Shown here: piece by piece, positions 12,901-32,700 of the stretch | How positions within the stretch are numbered: position 1 is the stretch's first letter | How the letters are laid out: each line of letters begins with the position of its first letter | From: Bugula neritina | Lineage: Eukaryota; Animalia; Bryozoa | Length of the DNA stretch: 64,000 nucleotides | Direction of reading: 5' to 3' | Assembly: GCA_964035545.1 (NCBI GenBank) | Contig: OZ037767.1 | Location: forward strand, 3,610,507 to 3,674,506 | Made by a program: the position numbers and the translations under genes | Notes under the pieces: model-generated | The model's database searches: none | Told to the model about the DNA's origin: nothing | The model's input: the letters and a program-made list of their open reading frames with translations, nothing else

Positions 12901-13884
12901 CTTAACTAGAGTGAAAGTAACATGATAAACTATCACACTCATAAGTAATCAGTATAAATATAAGTTTCCTTGGCTTCCATCAATATGTTCAACATATATC
13001 AACAATGTGATAAAGGTCTCCAGTTTAGAATGTTATGCTGTTGAAGAAAAATTAACATAAACTATATAGTATATAAACAACACATATATAATATGAATAT
13101 ATATGTTTATTTCATTTATTAATCTAGTATTCTTTTTAAAGAGTAATTCTGGAGGGAAATAAATGATTTTAGTTTACAAAACTATCAAACTGATAAAACA
13201 GTGTATCCTGTGTATCGGAGATGGTCAACTTTTCCTGCTTTATTTTATTGCTTTCAATGCATGACTAATTGATGTAAAATAATATTGATATAAAGCTGTG
13301 GGAGTTGAGTTTCTAAACATACCAATATAATGGGTTTGTATGGGTTTACAGACCAAGGCACAGATGAGAATATTGCTCCCACTGATGGTAAAGAGAAATA
13401 TGACGAGGATTGTAAGCCTATATATGGTCTGCTTGAAAGGCAGCGTCATAAATGGGCTGCCAGGTTTATATGGCGTCGATATCTCGCGGTAAGAGAATAC
13501 AGTTTGTCGATTTACTAAATGTAGCTAGTCATTTCATTTGCCTGATTTTAGATTCTTGTCTGAGTTCAAGGTCGATAGTTTGTGAAATTATCGACAAAAT
13601 TTTTTTACTATGTTTACAATTTAAATCACTTCTTTGCTGCTCTCACACTAAACATGCTTATTGATAGTATGTCATTACATAATTATGTGTGGCATTAATA
13701 TTTATTGCAGTATCGAGAGTCTAAAGGTACGCCCCTCACCGGAGCTTCTGATAATACTAGGCTAAGCATAGAAAATGAACTTACAGTTCCAGAGTCTACG
13801 TCTTCTGATCGTATTAAAAAAGAAAAGAAGGCAAAACGATCAACTAGCAAAAACCAAATGGCAAATAATGATAACAAGAGCTGA
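967..13884 (+). CDS. para: Voltage-gated sodium channel alpha subunit, Nav1/para type (partial: end of II-III loop, DIII, DIV, C-terminus; 5' part lies upstream of the window)
   Basis: Phase-consistent GT-AG exons: 967-1152, 1826-1999, 2592-2714, 3238-3401, 3936-4089, 4310-4501, 7954-8061, 8370-8501, 9182-9320, 10085-10344, 10786-10891, 11341-11487, 12027-12272, (12652-12675 optional), 13352-13488, 13711-13884 (TGA). Motifs: DIII S4 [22 protein letters not shown]; DIII filter Lys (ATYKGW); gate [22 protein letters not shown]; DIV S4 [16 protein letters not shown]; DIV filter Ala (TSAGW); S6 [11 protein letters not shown]; EF-hand-like region. K and A filter residues indicate a DEKA (Nav1) channel rather than Nav2. 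Confidence 0.96.
1341..1398. repeat. Short inverted repeat (hairpin), possible MITE remnant
   Basis: Arms cgggtttccatggatcgatctc (1341-1362) and gagatcgatccatggaaagccg (1377-1398) are complementary at 21/22 positions. Confidence 0.75.
2388..2530. repeat. (TCAC)n microsatellite, degenerating at 3' end
   Basis: Direct reading. Confidence 0.9.
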
Positions 13885-13958
13885 TGAAAAGTAGACAAAT
13901 CCGAAAAACATGATTTCACTGCCTTTGTTCCACTGGTGGAACTATACGACTAAAGTTT

Positions 13959-13964
13959 AATAAA
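13959..13964 (+). promoter_or_regulatory. Candidate polyadenylation signal of the Nav gene
   Basis: AATAAA 75 nt after the stop codon, followed by T-rich sequence. Confidence 0.45.
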
Positions 13965-15328
13965 TGCTCTTTTGTATTCATCTAACACTATATGCAATGT
14001 CAGGATATTCCATTTTTATTTCAAGCATATTTTCCTATTATTTTCAAATTTTTATGTTGCAGTACATGTCTTTTAGTTCCACATTGTATAGAATTGACAC
14101 GTATTTATGAAAGTGACATCTCCAAAGTTGGAACTTGTAAATAATGTCACATGCTTGTGTTTTTGTAAACATTATTATTATCTTTAGAAACGTTAGCTTT
14201 CTATACACGTTGAGAAGTTGTGTGCACGCCGTTGCCTTTCCGCAGGTACATGTAGTCAAGTCACAATAACCAGTTTCTAGGCTTTCTTTGCTCAAGCTTG
14301 TTTCGTCTTCACCTCGTTAGTGCTAAACTGTTCAACACAGAAAACCTAAAGCTTGTAAATTCTGTTCCAACGCTCCCACCCTAACCACCCCCAAACTTGC
14401 ACATAGCAGCTTGAGGCATCTCAGTCTTCCAGCAGTTTAATCAAAGAATTGAATACCATAGACTGAGTTCATATCTACAGTCATAGATGTCAAGAGATAT
14501 CTAGACACTAAGTGTATATAAATATTATTGTAAGGAACCAGTATTGTCTCATATAGGGAAGATAACTCTTGGTTAATACAGTAATACTAAGTATAAATGT
14601 TATTCTCGCATTATAAACGTCATTTGGTTATTATGTTATTAGTATACACATCATACTTTTATGAATGCATCAAACTTGTAGAGTAATGCAATTATTATAG
14701 TTACTCTGGTATTTTATTTGTTTTTGATGTTACACAAAAGGCATATAAATTGCATACAACTTATTTCATATTTTAAATAAACTTGAGATGACAAAACCTA
14801 TGCAGCGACCAGTTATGTAATTAATTGACTTACACAGTTAAAGTTGCAGCAAAATACCTGCAGTAAAATTACATTCGATTAATAATGCTGCTGGATACAT
14901 CAATCTGCTATTTCTATACCGAGTAAAAACTATTTCATTATTTGAGCTAGTAGACAATAACATAATGAGTAAGCTAGAACTTACATCATGTGTGGAGGCA
15001 ATAATGCTTTATTTTAAATATAATATTTTATTGAAATATTTTTGTAATTTAATATGTTTTTTATTTTAAAAGTTTATAGAACTAAAAAAAGAGGAATGGA
15101 GTGGCTAGATAATATTCACAACCCAAAAAAACAGCAGATAAAAATAACATAAAATGTCGAAACAAAATTTGCATTGTAGCATTTATCACACTGTCATGGA
15201 CTAGAACAATCTAATAGACTATATTATTGTTTCAACAATAATTAACCACACAAATCACACACGGAATTCGATGGCACTGTGTTGAAAAATTCACCACACT
15301 CCTCAGTTTTCAACTTATAATGACTATA

Positions 15329-20413
<5,085 letters not shown>

Positions 20414-21700
20414 CCTATACATCGAAAGAATATTAAAAATGCATAAATTTATTACCAGGAATTACAACTCGTAGTATGAAGTTACTTATCAATCTACATA
20501 TTTCACTATGATGTCCTGTCTATACAATCCTATAATCTTTTGTCAGCATTATTTACAATATGTCAGCTATTGTAGACTAGATGTAATTCCTTTGTAAAAG
20601 GGAACTCTGCTCTTTAATTTCACCTTAACTCCTACTTCTGGCTTCAGTTTTGCACTTTGAGTCATGAGACGACAACCACTAACCTTATGTCATTTTTTCT
20701 TACTGATCAGCTCTTAGAAATTGGTAAACACCATAACTTGTTCTAAGAAAAGTTAAGAAAGATGAATCCAAAATCGAAGCGAAATTAGGGAAGTTTATTG
20801 GCCTGTATCAAAATTTATTAGCTTTTAATAATCTTGTTTATGATGATATTATCAACTTGAAGCATATAACATAATTATGTGAACAAAAATTTTCATCAGA
20901 TGTGGTGTTTCAATATGCCAGCAAGTGTACACTTGCATTTTTGCTTTTCATCCATATTACCATAAAACAACCGTATGGTTTATCTAATGAGGTTTTGCCC
21001 ACACAATATTTTAAATGGATGGCAAGTTTATAATTTAGAGAGTTGCACGAAGATGTACAAAAATCGAGGCACATACCAACTGAGCATAGTAGTATGGGAG
21101 ACGATGACCATTTTATCAATGGCCCTCTGGAGGATATCAAATATAGAAGAGCATGGGGTAGGGATAACTTTTCACGACACCTTGCACATACTTTGAATGA
21201 TCTTTTATTTTAAATAACATAACAGAGTTTTGACTTTTTTTCCAATTTTGTTCATGTCTACTTATTACAGTCAATATTCACACTGAATTTAGCAACCGTG
21301 TTTTCATGTCTGTGATATGCAATAAATAATCAAAATCAATCATATACATTGTATTCAGAGGCAAAAAATGCTAATTAAATTATGCTAATTGTTTTTCATA
21401 TAGGCTATAACCTTTGCTATATTCTAACATTAAAATTTGATATAATATAAAAAAGTTTGTTGTACTAGTGGTCTACCTGGGGTTTGCTTGCATGCAAAAT
21501 GGATGTGTGTCAATTTATAGTAACATTTAGTTAGACTTATAAAGTCTTCTATACCTGTTGATGCTGAATAGGAAATTAAATATATAAGATGTTACGTAAT
21601 GAAGTAAGTAAGCTTTCTACTTTTGAATAGCTGGTTTAAAATGCCATATACAGAAATTCAAGTCTTGTCAGCACACTTGTGAATATTATGCTGCCCTAGC

Positions 21701-22076
<376 letters not shown>

Positions 22077-22705
22077 TAGTACTTGTAACTAGATGTTTGT
22101 TTACATTTAGAATTAGAAAATAGCTTTCATATTATTGATTTGTTCGCTTTGGCAAATATTGCAATATATCGCATTTCAGTCAAGCACAAAATATGTAGTC
22201 TTTAGCTAGAAGAATTTAGTAGCCCTTAAATTTCAAGAAGCTGACTGGCCCCTACATACCAGTGTAGCCTCTCTTTAACTAATAACCAGAGTTCAGCCAA
22301 CCTAAGTGAGAGTCAAGCTGTGCAGGTCACGCAGAAAAGGCAGAAAATTGAGATTTATTGGCATTATATCAAGCTGCCAGCATTTAAACACAGACTTCAC
22401 TTCTAAAATTATATTTTAATCATGCTTAACTTGTATGGCAACTTAACTAGTCGTGTTCAGCATATTTGTAAAGAATTATACTCTGAATAAATGCAAGTTT
22501 ATTGATTGGCAATAACAATGTATCTTTTTTTAATTAACTAAGTTATAAATGTGTAATTTTGCCTATAATCTGCAACTTTCCATTAAATTTGAACAAACAT
22601 AACATAATATTATTTAGATGCACAATAAATTGTATTGTTAAAAACTGTTTCAATTCCTTACGCTGTATATATAAGAATATAATATGAAAACAGATATGTA
22701 GAGCA

Positions 22706-22787
22706 TACTGTCAACAGATGCTTTCAACAGGTACCATAAACAGATGCTGTCAACAGGTACTGTCAACAGGTACTGTCAACAAGTGCT
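22706..22787. repeat. 13-bp minisatellite (consensus GCTGTCAACAGGT), about 6 units
   Basis: Direct reading; paralogous to 28521-28830. Confidence 0.85.
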
Positions 22788-24756
22788 CTCTCCTATGTCT
22801 AATGGCTTTACTTCAGTGTCTTTTCTGCTATAACTAACCTAGAATCTTATGATTTATGCAGCAAAAATGGTAAAACCTTAAACATGCTCCACAATGATGA
22901 AATGTTTATTATTTATTTAAATATGTGAACCTGTTATTTTGATATGTAACTGATTTGTATAAAGTAAAGTATATGCTACCATCTTGTAACTCGTTATATA
23001 GAGTACACATAAATTACATATCCCTGTATCGCTTGATATTCCTACTGTTTATTATCTTATATTATATTGTCACTAGAATATACACCGACCTAATTTTCTT
23101 CATTCTGAAGGACTCCTATAATAGGTCATACAATTAGTGTATAACTTAAATGCTATGACATTATATACTCTCTTGCTCAAAGTTTAAGAAACCAACCAGC
23201 AGCTATCTACAAAACTTCTCTTCTTAAAATAAACAAAATAATTCAAATGACAGAATTTTTCACTTACCTTTTTGCAAGTCTGTAGCAACTAAAACTCTTC
23301 ATTACAAAATCATTTACTCTTTACTAAACTATAGCTGTAATCATGTGAGAATTTTTTTTTCACAGTATATGCACTGCTTCAACAATAGGTTATTGCTGCG
23401 AGGTTACATCCATGGCAAATTAGAACAGAAAGGTACGTTAAATGCCTGTTCATAAATTTGCAGTCGCCAATCATAGCACTAGAAAAAGGCATAGTAATAT
23501 TACCAAGTTACTTGCTAACATGGCTTTAGCCCATAGTTATCAATAGAGTCGAACGCTCTTTAAATACTTCCCGCATAGTAGAAACTTTATGCTAGTTTCT
23601 AAAGCTAGCTAAGAGTTATGGTAGACCAATAATAATGAAAGTGCTGCTTATATATAATTAAGGAGCTTAGTCGTCATGGTGATAAATATTTACTTGGGCT
23701 CTGCATACAAATGAACTTGAGGAATTATTTACTTAAAACAAACTTTTGAGTTTTCATCTCATTTACATAACTACATTAGTTACAGATCCTAGTCTAATTT
23801 TTAGTTACTGGTTATATATTGTTGCTTAAGATAGTTTCTCTATACTAAACATTGCTAAGCTTGCATCGCTATTGATATCATAAAATGTTGATCAGAGGTT
23901 AAATGAGCTCATAAAATTAGAGAGTAGACAGCTCTAAGAATAAAATTTCTAGATAAAAATTGTTTAGAAACGAAGTGCTAACGATTACAAAAATTAAAAT
24001 TAATTTTTGGCATCAGTCGCAATTTGAACATGGAAGAAAAATGAAATATGATTAAACTATTTTTATGGAATAATGTCATTTAGCAAAATGAAAAACATGT
24101 AAAAGTAACAAAACACAAGATTTCACACATGGCTTATATTCAGTGAGAAAAAAAGTTACAGAAGCAGGTATTTGTGGAGAGCTACTTAATAAGATATATT
24201 AATATAGATATGAATACAAGCTGTTGGATGGCATTGTTGAGTTGTGTCCTCTCTCCAGTTTGCTGAAAATAAACACAAATAACTATCATTTTTAATGAAG
24301 TTAGTATAATGCATAATAAATTTAGCTACAAAAGCCTTTTTTAGAAGACTTAACTTTTGAGTTCTTCAGATGCTAGCTATTACAGTTTTCATAGTTTTTA
24401 AGTGAACTCAAGAGCCTCTAACAGGATCTACTATGTTTTTTCAAAACCTATAATTTTATAAGAATTTTTGGAAATTGAAAAATTGCCTTAATATTTGTTT
24501 TTTTTCATATCTAAATTACTTAAATTTGAATAACTACTAATACTAATACTACTTTTGCGATTTTATTATTATTAATATAGTGGCCGGCTTTTATAATGTA
24601 GTTATATTTCACAATAACTTGGCTTTTTATCACAGCAGGATAAATTCATATTCTGATACGCCATGTTTGGTTTAGATCTTTATAGCTGCCCATTTCTAAA
24701 GTTGATCATAATAATATTATAGCTATGAATATAAGCATATTATTTACTATAAGGGA

Positions 24757-24898
24757 GCAACCGTGGTCTAGGGGTTAGAGCGTTTGCCTATAGTAAGCAC
24801 GAAGTCATGAGTTCCAGCCCGGAAGAGCATCCAGTTGTATAATTGCTCCTGTGCCTCATCTTAGTAAGTCCTTAGCCCAATTCAACAAAAACTCTTTA
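24757..24898 (+). mobile_element. tRNA-derived SINE copy (internally deleted)
   Basis: A-box-like TGGTCTAGGGG and B-box-like GAGTTCCAGCC; body shared with 47967 and 49909. Confidence 0.8.
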
Positions 24899-25558
24899 TA
24901 TACATGGCCATAAGCAATGTGTTTGCTTACTGGCTATATAACACTGTGAAAATAGCATTCCAAGTGGGTGTATTTGCACCCCTTTCACTTACCCCAACTT
25001 GAAGCTTGATGAATAATGAAGCAATGTCTGTACCAATTTATGAATATTGCTAATACATATAATTAAAATTATTTATACTTATTCTAAAAATGCGGCCTCA
25101 GCCACTGCAGTGTTAAACTCCACACCTACACAGTTTTCTGCAGCATGTTATTGTTATATGTGCTGACATATAAAATCCATCAAGTCAAAAAGGCTGCTAT
25201 AGTTTATTATCGCCTAATAAATCATTGAAATAATTAATTTTATTTACTCTAAACTATTCTATTCATCAAAATATATTCATAATTATATGTTTATTACTTT
25301 TTGAACAATTTTATAGAAACAGATAATAAGAAATATATTACAAATTTTCTTTTCAACACAAATAAAACGTCATGCAAGTAAAAATAATATAAACTTTTGA
25401 AATATAGGCTGCTTAACATAGAACTCATTTATATATTAGAATATTGATTTAAAAGATCTATTATATATTAGTTCAACAATAACCACACAGACAGACTGCA
25501 ATGTTAGCACTGTGCTAAAAAACTCAATAAACTTTTTCAGTTTTTAAACTAATGACTA

Positions 25559-27231
25559 TTAATATAAAATTGAAACATTGAGCAACTTTTTCTGATATTT
25601 ATTGAGTTCTTTTACATGAGGAATTTCAGCCAAAGCTAGCTCTACACATGTTGAGTTATTTAGACCACTTTCAGAAAGCAAATATCCATACGATCCTGCA
25701 CCATATGGTCGAAACCTCTGGTCTGGTATTTTACCAGCAGGCAAGGAAGCATTGACACAATCTGTCATCCAGAGATTCTGTAGACGCTTTAACTTAACAA
25801 TCTCTGCATTTATATATTCTTTTTTCAAAGCCAAAATATGTTCTAATTTATTTTTAAAATATTTATACAAAGCAAAGTCAGCTTTGAGAAACTTGTAAAC
25901 AGCAGCACGATTTCCTTCATTATCTTCTGGAAGTAACGAATGATCTGTAGATGGTTGTGCTTTTGTGCCCTTAAAATTTAATTTAAAATACAAAATATCT
26001 ATATTGTTCCATCCCAGCATATCTCTCAGCAAAATCAGACATTCATCAAAATATTCTACTATAATTACAAAATGAAATTGTTTATCTATGCTTTGAATAA
26101 GGTCCTTCACGGCATCATCTTTGTCTGCATTTTTTATGTCTAGTCCAAGATCAAAAGCCTGTGGACTCTTAATAACAACTGCACAGCTTGTTCTTCCAGA
26201 TCTGATGACTTCTAAAAGAGTCGCAGGATCTTGTGAAGGTAAACATCTCTTCATCTGGTAATACTCGAACATAGATTTGAGTTGTGTGAACGGATCTCGG
26301 AGGGATGTAAAATAGAAGCTGTCTTGAGGCATTGTTCTTATCAAATCATCTGATAGCACAGTGTGAAAGCAGAGTACATCTGGTGCGCTAGGGTGCTTTT
26401 TAAGGTTTCTAGCTCTGTTAAACTTTGCAGGCCAACCGAGCTGGTTAAAATTGTCTTTTACGGGAAGAGCAAATGTTAGGTTTCGCTTCATGCCCGCTCT
26501 CATTACGATGTTTTGTAATGTGGAGCTGGCAGCCTTGTGTACTTTTAGATAAACAATGTGACTGCTGTTATATGGTCTGGAATTGAATACAGATTCTCCT
26601 TTCAGCGTTATTTTGGATAATGACTTCGAAGTTACAGAGCTCTTTGGAGAAACTGGGTTTTCTATTTCTTTATTTTTTTCAAGACTTTGTACATTCAAAA
26701 GTTGAAATCTGTTATTAGAACCTGAATAAAATAAACATTTTTTTAATTTACAAAAAGATGTTACGTAACATATATTATTTTATGTACATACCATAATTAT
26801 ATTATGTCACATATCATGTATTACATTGCATATAATATATTGCTTACCTTAATTAAACTACATGTACATGTAATATCGTTTGCCTTATACCCATGCTATA
26901 CTATACATATATAGAAACTAAATGTGTGTATTATTTATATATATAGCTGTTAGTTAAAATTTAGTTATCCCATACATACTATGTACCATACATTGCTTTT
27001 GAAACCATGTATGGTACTCTTGAAACTATAGTCACTTCATACTAATATATAAATAGTACATTATATGTATTACCTATACATGTATGTATTATACTAACCA
27101 ACTTTCGTTCCATATGAGTTAGTTTGAAAATGCACCTGAACTTGGTCACCGTAGTAGAAGATGACCATAGAAACTAATCCAGCTACCACCATCAACGTAA
27201 CGAAAATCTTACTCCATTTCTGACACTTCAT
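25559..27231 (-). CDS. Galactose-3-O-sulfotransferase family protein, paralog B
   Basis: Coding exons 27231-27099 (MKCQKWSKIFVTLMVVAGLVSMVIFYY) and 26721-25559 join in phase 1. Same motifs and the same 1163-nt main exon length as paralog A. A probable 5'UTR exon has its donor at 29155. Confidence 0.93.
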
Positions 27232-28520
27232 CCTATGTCAGAATAATATTGAAACTAAATTAATATTTGCCGTGAACCATTCAAGTATGCAAAGTCATGG
27301 ACTACTCTACATATTTTACTATAACTTCCTGTTCGATAACCTCTTGAGTCGCCGAAAGATTCTCGAAAACAAAATCACTCTATTGCAGTGTTGAAAAATC
27401 AGGTCTACACTTAAACTACTGTAAATTCTTAAAAGGAAAACAAGCTATAGTTTTAAATAATCTTTTGTCAGCATTATTTACAATACATCAGCTTTTTATG
27501 CCTAAAGATAATTTAGGTGAAAAAATAAACTTTGCTCAATATATAATTACAGGAGAAAAAATTATTTTCCTCTGATTGTTGGCTTCAGTTTTGCACGATT
27601 GTGTTGTGGAAAAACAGCTACTTGTGTTAGATATGTTTATTTTCTGATCAGCTGGCAAAAATAGGTAAGCACTAAGCAGAAAATGTTCGCTTTTATTAGT
27701 TTAAAAGTTATAATAAAATATACAAAAGTTCAAAGTTTACTGCACTAGTTTGCTGCACAGTTTACTGCCTGCACGGCTTTGTATGCATGCAAACTTGATT
27801 TGTATTAATTCATAGTAGCAATTAGTTAGACTTTAAGTCCTCTGTATCCACTGGCTATAACTGAATAGGAAATTAAATATATAAGATGTTACGTAACTAA
27901 GTAAATAAGTTTTCTACTTTTAAGTAACTAGTTTAAAATGCTATGCAGAAATTCAAGTCTTGTCAGCATACTTGTGAATATTACGCTGCCTTAACTTACA
28001 CAACACACATACCACACTAAACACACGCACACAGCGTACACGCACACACGCACACACGCACACACGCACACACCAAACACACGCACACAGCGTACACAAC
28101 CACATGAATGTCTATCTGACCAATAACCAGAGTTCAGCCTACATAAGTGTGGGAAAAGTAGTGCAGGTCATGCAGAGGATAAAGAAAGTTGAAATTTATT
28201 TGCTTGTGTCAAGTTGCCAGCGTTCAAACACATACTTAAACTTTCCAATTATACTTTAATTATGCTTATTTTTACAGCAATTTTGAAAGTCATGTTCAGC
28301 AAATTGCAGAAAAATTACTCTGCATAAGCTATATAGAACGTTATTGATGGGCATGTGTTTCACTTTAATCAGAGAGAGCATAGATGTGTAATTTCACTTA
28401 TAGGCCCTATGCTAAATCAATTTTACTATTCAATTTGAACAAAAATTCTATTTTTAGATACTCAATAGACCTATATTTTTGAAACGTTTTAATTCACTCT
28501 GTTTTATAAAATTTGCATTA

Positions 28521-28830
28521 AAACAGAAATGTCAACTGGTGCTGTCAACAGGTACTGTCAACAGGTGCTATAAACTGATACTGTCAACAGGTGCTATAAA
28601 CTGATGCTGTCAACAGGTGCTGCCGACAGGTGCTGTCAGCAGATTCTGTCAACAGGTGCTGTCAACAGGTGCTGTCAACAGGTACTGTCAACAGGTGCTG
28701 TAAACTGATGCTGTCAACAGATGCTGTCGACAAAAGCTTCAACAGGTACTGTCAACAGGTGCTGTGAACTGATGCTGTCAACAGATGCTGTCGACAAGAG
28801 CTGTCAACTGGTTCTGTCAACAAGTGCTGT
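28521..28830. repeat. 13-bp minisatellite (consensus GCTGTCAACAGGT), about 23 units
   Basis: Direct reading. Confidence 0.92.
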
Positions 28831-29559
28831 CTGCTATGTCTAATGGCTTTACTTCAGTGTCCTTTCTGTTACTAACCTAGAATCTTATTATGTTATAAGC
28901 AGTAAAAATGGTAAAACCTTAAACATGCTGCACAATTATAAAACGTGTGATTATGATTAATATGTCAAATAAGTGGACATATTGTTTTAATATGTTAAGG
29001 CATTGTATGTATATAGCTATATGACATCATCTTATAACACATTACAGAGTACATAATCTTCCAGGAGTGTGAGATTCTTCTAGCTTACTATCTATTATAA
29101 AACTTCCCTTACTAAATTAAGCAAATTAATTCAAGTATCAAGATGGTTTACTCACCTTTTTACAAATCTATGCCAGCTACAAATCTTCATTACAAAAATC
29201 ATACTGACTAAACTACAACTGTAGACTCGTGTAGGGATATTAACGTGTTCTACTGCAAACTTGCAACGACCATTCAAGTTAGTAGCTGCCTGCAGCACAT
29301 ATTACTGGTTATAAAATGTTGAAGGGATCAATGGAAAAATAATAATACTTAACGCTACAAGCTATTCATTAGAAAGAAGTCAAAGACATTTGAGTGAAAT
29401 GTTCAATAATATTATGGTATATGATCTAAAGTAAGTCGGGTTAGGGTAAGAAATATTAGCTTGCTGATTAGTAAAGATAATTAGATTTTGATTCTGTGCC
29501 ATGCATAATTTATTGCAATATTATGTTGAAGAACAACAGTGACGGCTAATTTGTTACAT

Positions 29560-29790
29560 AGACGATAGAGAAAAACTGTTGACACGACAGAACTTTCACG
29601 ATTATGCTCTCTTAAAATACCCATATCCCCCCCCCCCCCCCCCCCCCCCCCCCCCGTCAGGTTGCTCATAATAACAAGAGTAATAGAGAAATTATAACCC
29701 GATGCACTCAATGACACCACCAATAATGCTGCTTGGATTCAAACTTTTGACCTGATGCTTATTAGAGTCAGCACTAACAACTAGAAAAAG
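29560..29790 (-). mobile_element. Degenerate tRNA-derived SINE with an internal poly-G tract
   Basis: Reverse strand reads TCTAGTTGTTAGTGCTG...AGTTTGAATCC (tRNA-like head), then GGTGGTGTCATTGAGTGCATCGGGTTATAATT, resembling the central block of the other SINE copies. Confidence 0.5.
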
Positions 29791-32700
29791 TCTCACCAAA
29801 ACACTACATAGAAGGCCAGTATTTTAAAAAGCAACACAAAGTTACCATATCAAGCTTTTGCTATAACTAAGCAACATAAATATTACAATGTCTTAAAAAA
29901 TATTTTTATATATCATTAGCTAAAATAGTTTTAATTGAATATTCATTTGGACTCACCCTGAGCCCCTGCAATGTTGAAAGTTACACTTACGCATCTTCCA
30001 TAGTTTGAAATTACTTAATCTTAAACTGAAACAACTTTTTATATTGCATTATTGTTTTTAAAACATTCAAATGATTAACTCTGTATGTATTATTCAAAAG
30101 TTTAGGTTAGATGCCAATAAACTTACAAAATGAGCACTCTACAGTAGCATACTGCAGTATAATAATATTTTGGAATATTTTTTATTCAAGTTTGATTTAA
30201 ACTCCAATAATGTAGAACAATGTAAGCTAGGTATTGCTAAGCAACTTAATCTGTATAGTATTTTTTTTCTATAGGTACAATTAGTTGTAAACTTACCCAT
30301 TTTCTTTGATTTCCCAGAGCCAGTAGAAAAAATATCTAATAGTTCAATATAAAATCAATATTCAAATAAATTAATAGATATTGCATTTTGTAGTTTTTGA
30401 TGCTTCAGTCAAAATGCAATGTTGTCCACTTTGAAAACATTAATTGTGCATAGGCCACATGTAAGCATACACTTCATGTAATGCACAAGTAATATAATTT
30501 TAATTGCTTACGATTCCATTGCTTGAATGAATTGCTGTTTCTATTGTTTGGATCTATAGTGCAGGTTAAATTCCACAACGCATGCAAGCAATGGAACCAT
30601 GGTGTAAGGCAAGCATACTATACTGACAGATATACTACATGAAATGTTAAATAAAGCTAATTGCTTCTTATTACATTTTAATGCTGCATTATACTGCAGT
30701 AATTCTTGCATACATAACTCATTGTGCTGGGTTGATGACTCAGAATGTCTGCAAGTAATAAACTGGTCTCACTCTGGTAATTGCCGTCTGTTTTATTGCA
30801 TTGACTACAGAATTATAGCGTGTGGTGCAACAATATTTTGTGCCTATAACAATTTATGTCCCATTATAGTATATTCACTAGCAGCATAATGTGGAAGGAA
30901 TTAATTAGACTTGAAACTTGTTAGCAACAGTGTTAGTAGCTTGGTAAACCCAATTTCAATAGCTAAATCCTATTGGCGATGTCAGGGCTTCTTTGCCCGC
31001 AATAAATTTTTTTAGTCTCGCATGCCTAAGTTATTGTTGAAATAATACATTAATTTATTGTTACAATCAAATTTCTAGCACAAACATGCAGCTCATCATT
31101 ATGCAGCCTGTAAACTACCTTACATAAGAATTGTTTAATTGTAGTATGACATAAAATTAATTCATCCCACGGAACAAGTTATATTTTTACCAATGAGATA
31201 ACATAAGCTTTGCTGCAATTTTTCGAAGTCATCTTTTTTGTGAAGCTGCTTTCTAATATAATATATTAATATAGCAAGCCAATTAGGCAACATGTGATTT
31301 AATTGAATGAAATTTTGTTAACAATAAATTATTGGGCACCTGCTAACTATAATAAAAAAAAAATTTCGACCCAATATTTTCAATATTTGATGAAATTCAC
31401 ATAATTATTCTGATAATTCTAAGATTTCTGTGTTTTGGCCTTATAACCATGTCTAACATTTCTAACTCTAAAGAACATATAATATTAAATAAATTAGAAA
31501 AAAAATTGATCAATGTTTCAAGTTGATATTATTAGTCCTTGACCTACAAAATGAAGAGAAGGTGGTTATAGGTGTTGTGTGTCTCCGATGGTCATGGTAA
31601 AAGTAGCACTGTGATTCGGAGCTAACACTTGTGTAAAGGAATAATAATACACGGCTGCCTCCCACACATCTATCTTGTTTTGCCTACTCTTCTCAATACG
31701 ATTCATTGCTCCAGCAGCTAGCTCGTCAAAGTTAAGCAAAGTACAGTATATAATGTAGAATTGTAAGATTCAACAGCTTAATGCTTTGTAATATATTTAT
31801 AATAGTTGGTTTGTTTGGCGCAGTAAAAGTTTTAATGTATATTTTTACATATTGATGTGTTATTATTTTCTATAAAAACTACTCTTAAATAAAAACATGA
31901 AAAGTTTAATATGTGAAAGCATTTTTGTGATTAGTCAAGGCACAGCATGAAAAATAAATAATATAATATAGGCTTCTTCACAACTTGATAAAAAACTCTA
32001 CATGCATAATAGTAATAAATAGAAAGAATATTTATGTATCATATAAGCCAAGCTTAAAACCAATTTTGTGCTAAGAAAAGTAACAAGTGTTAAAATATTT
32101 TGAGCAAATTATTGATTTAATATTTGAGTTAAACGTATAATAGTCATGCAAATGTTTTTTGTTCTAATTTTACTAAGGTAGGTATATACAAACAAACTGT
32201 AAGTCAAAAGATATATAATTGGATTGTTGAGAGAAAATTTTTGTGGTAGAAATAGTAGAAAAGTATTCCGGGAAGCTTATGTTTGCATTTATACATAACT
32301 ATAGCAATTTTTTTCAAATATTGAAAATATTCAAAATCGGCAGCTCAAAGATAGCGTTTAACATTTCGTATAGTTGTTTTCAACAAATTAATACACACTT
32401 TAAACATAAACACAATTATTTTATGCAATATTTGAGCAAGATAAAACATATCTATGAATTCAATAAAAAAAGAGAAAGCAAATTTTGTGAAAATAAAAAA
32501 AATAACTTTTCGTAAACAAAATGAAATAATGTATAATATATTTTTATTTATAGTTGTCATTTTCCCGTAACTTTCAACAATTTAGCAAATAATAGCCTCT
32601 GATACTTAGCTACAAGGCCCGGCTTTAAGAGAGTAGTTATAGATCTTGTTTCTATGTAAAATGTTGTCCTGAGAACCACTTGTCTCCGTTGGCTGTGGCT

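Noticed and set aside
14044-14460. Extra ORF or alternative last Nav exon
   Set aside because: No phase-compatible open exon and no recognisable motif; probably 3'UTR or intergenic.
30640-31740. Cys-rich, slightly GC-elevated segments suggesting a decayed secreted-protein gene
   Set aside because: Stops in the plus-strand frames examined and no consistent exon structure or family motif; unsupportable without a homology search.
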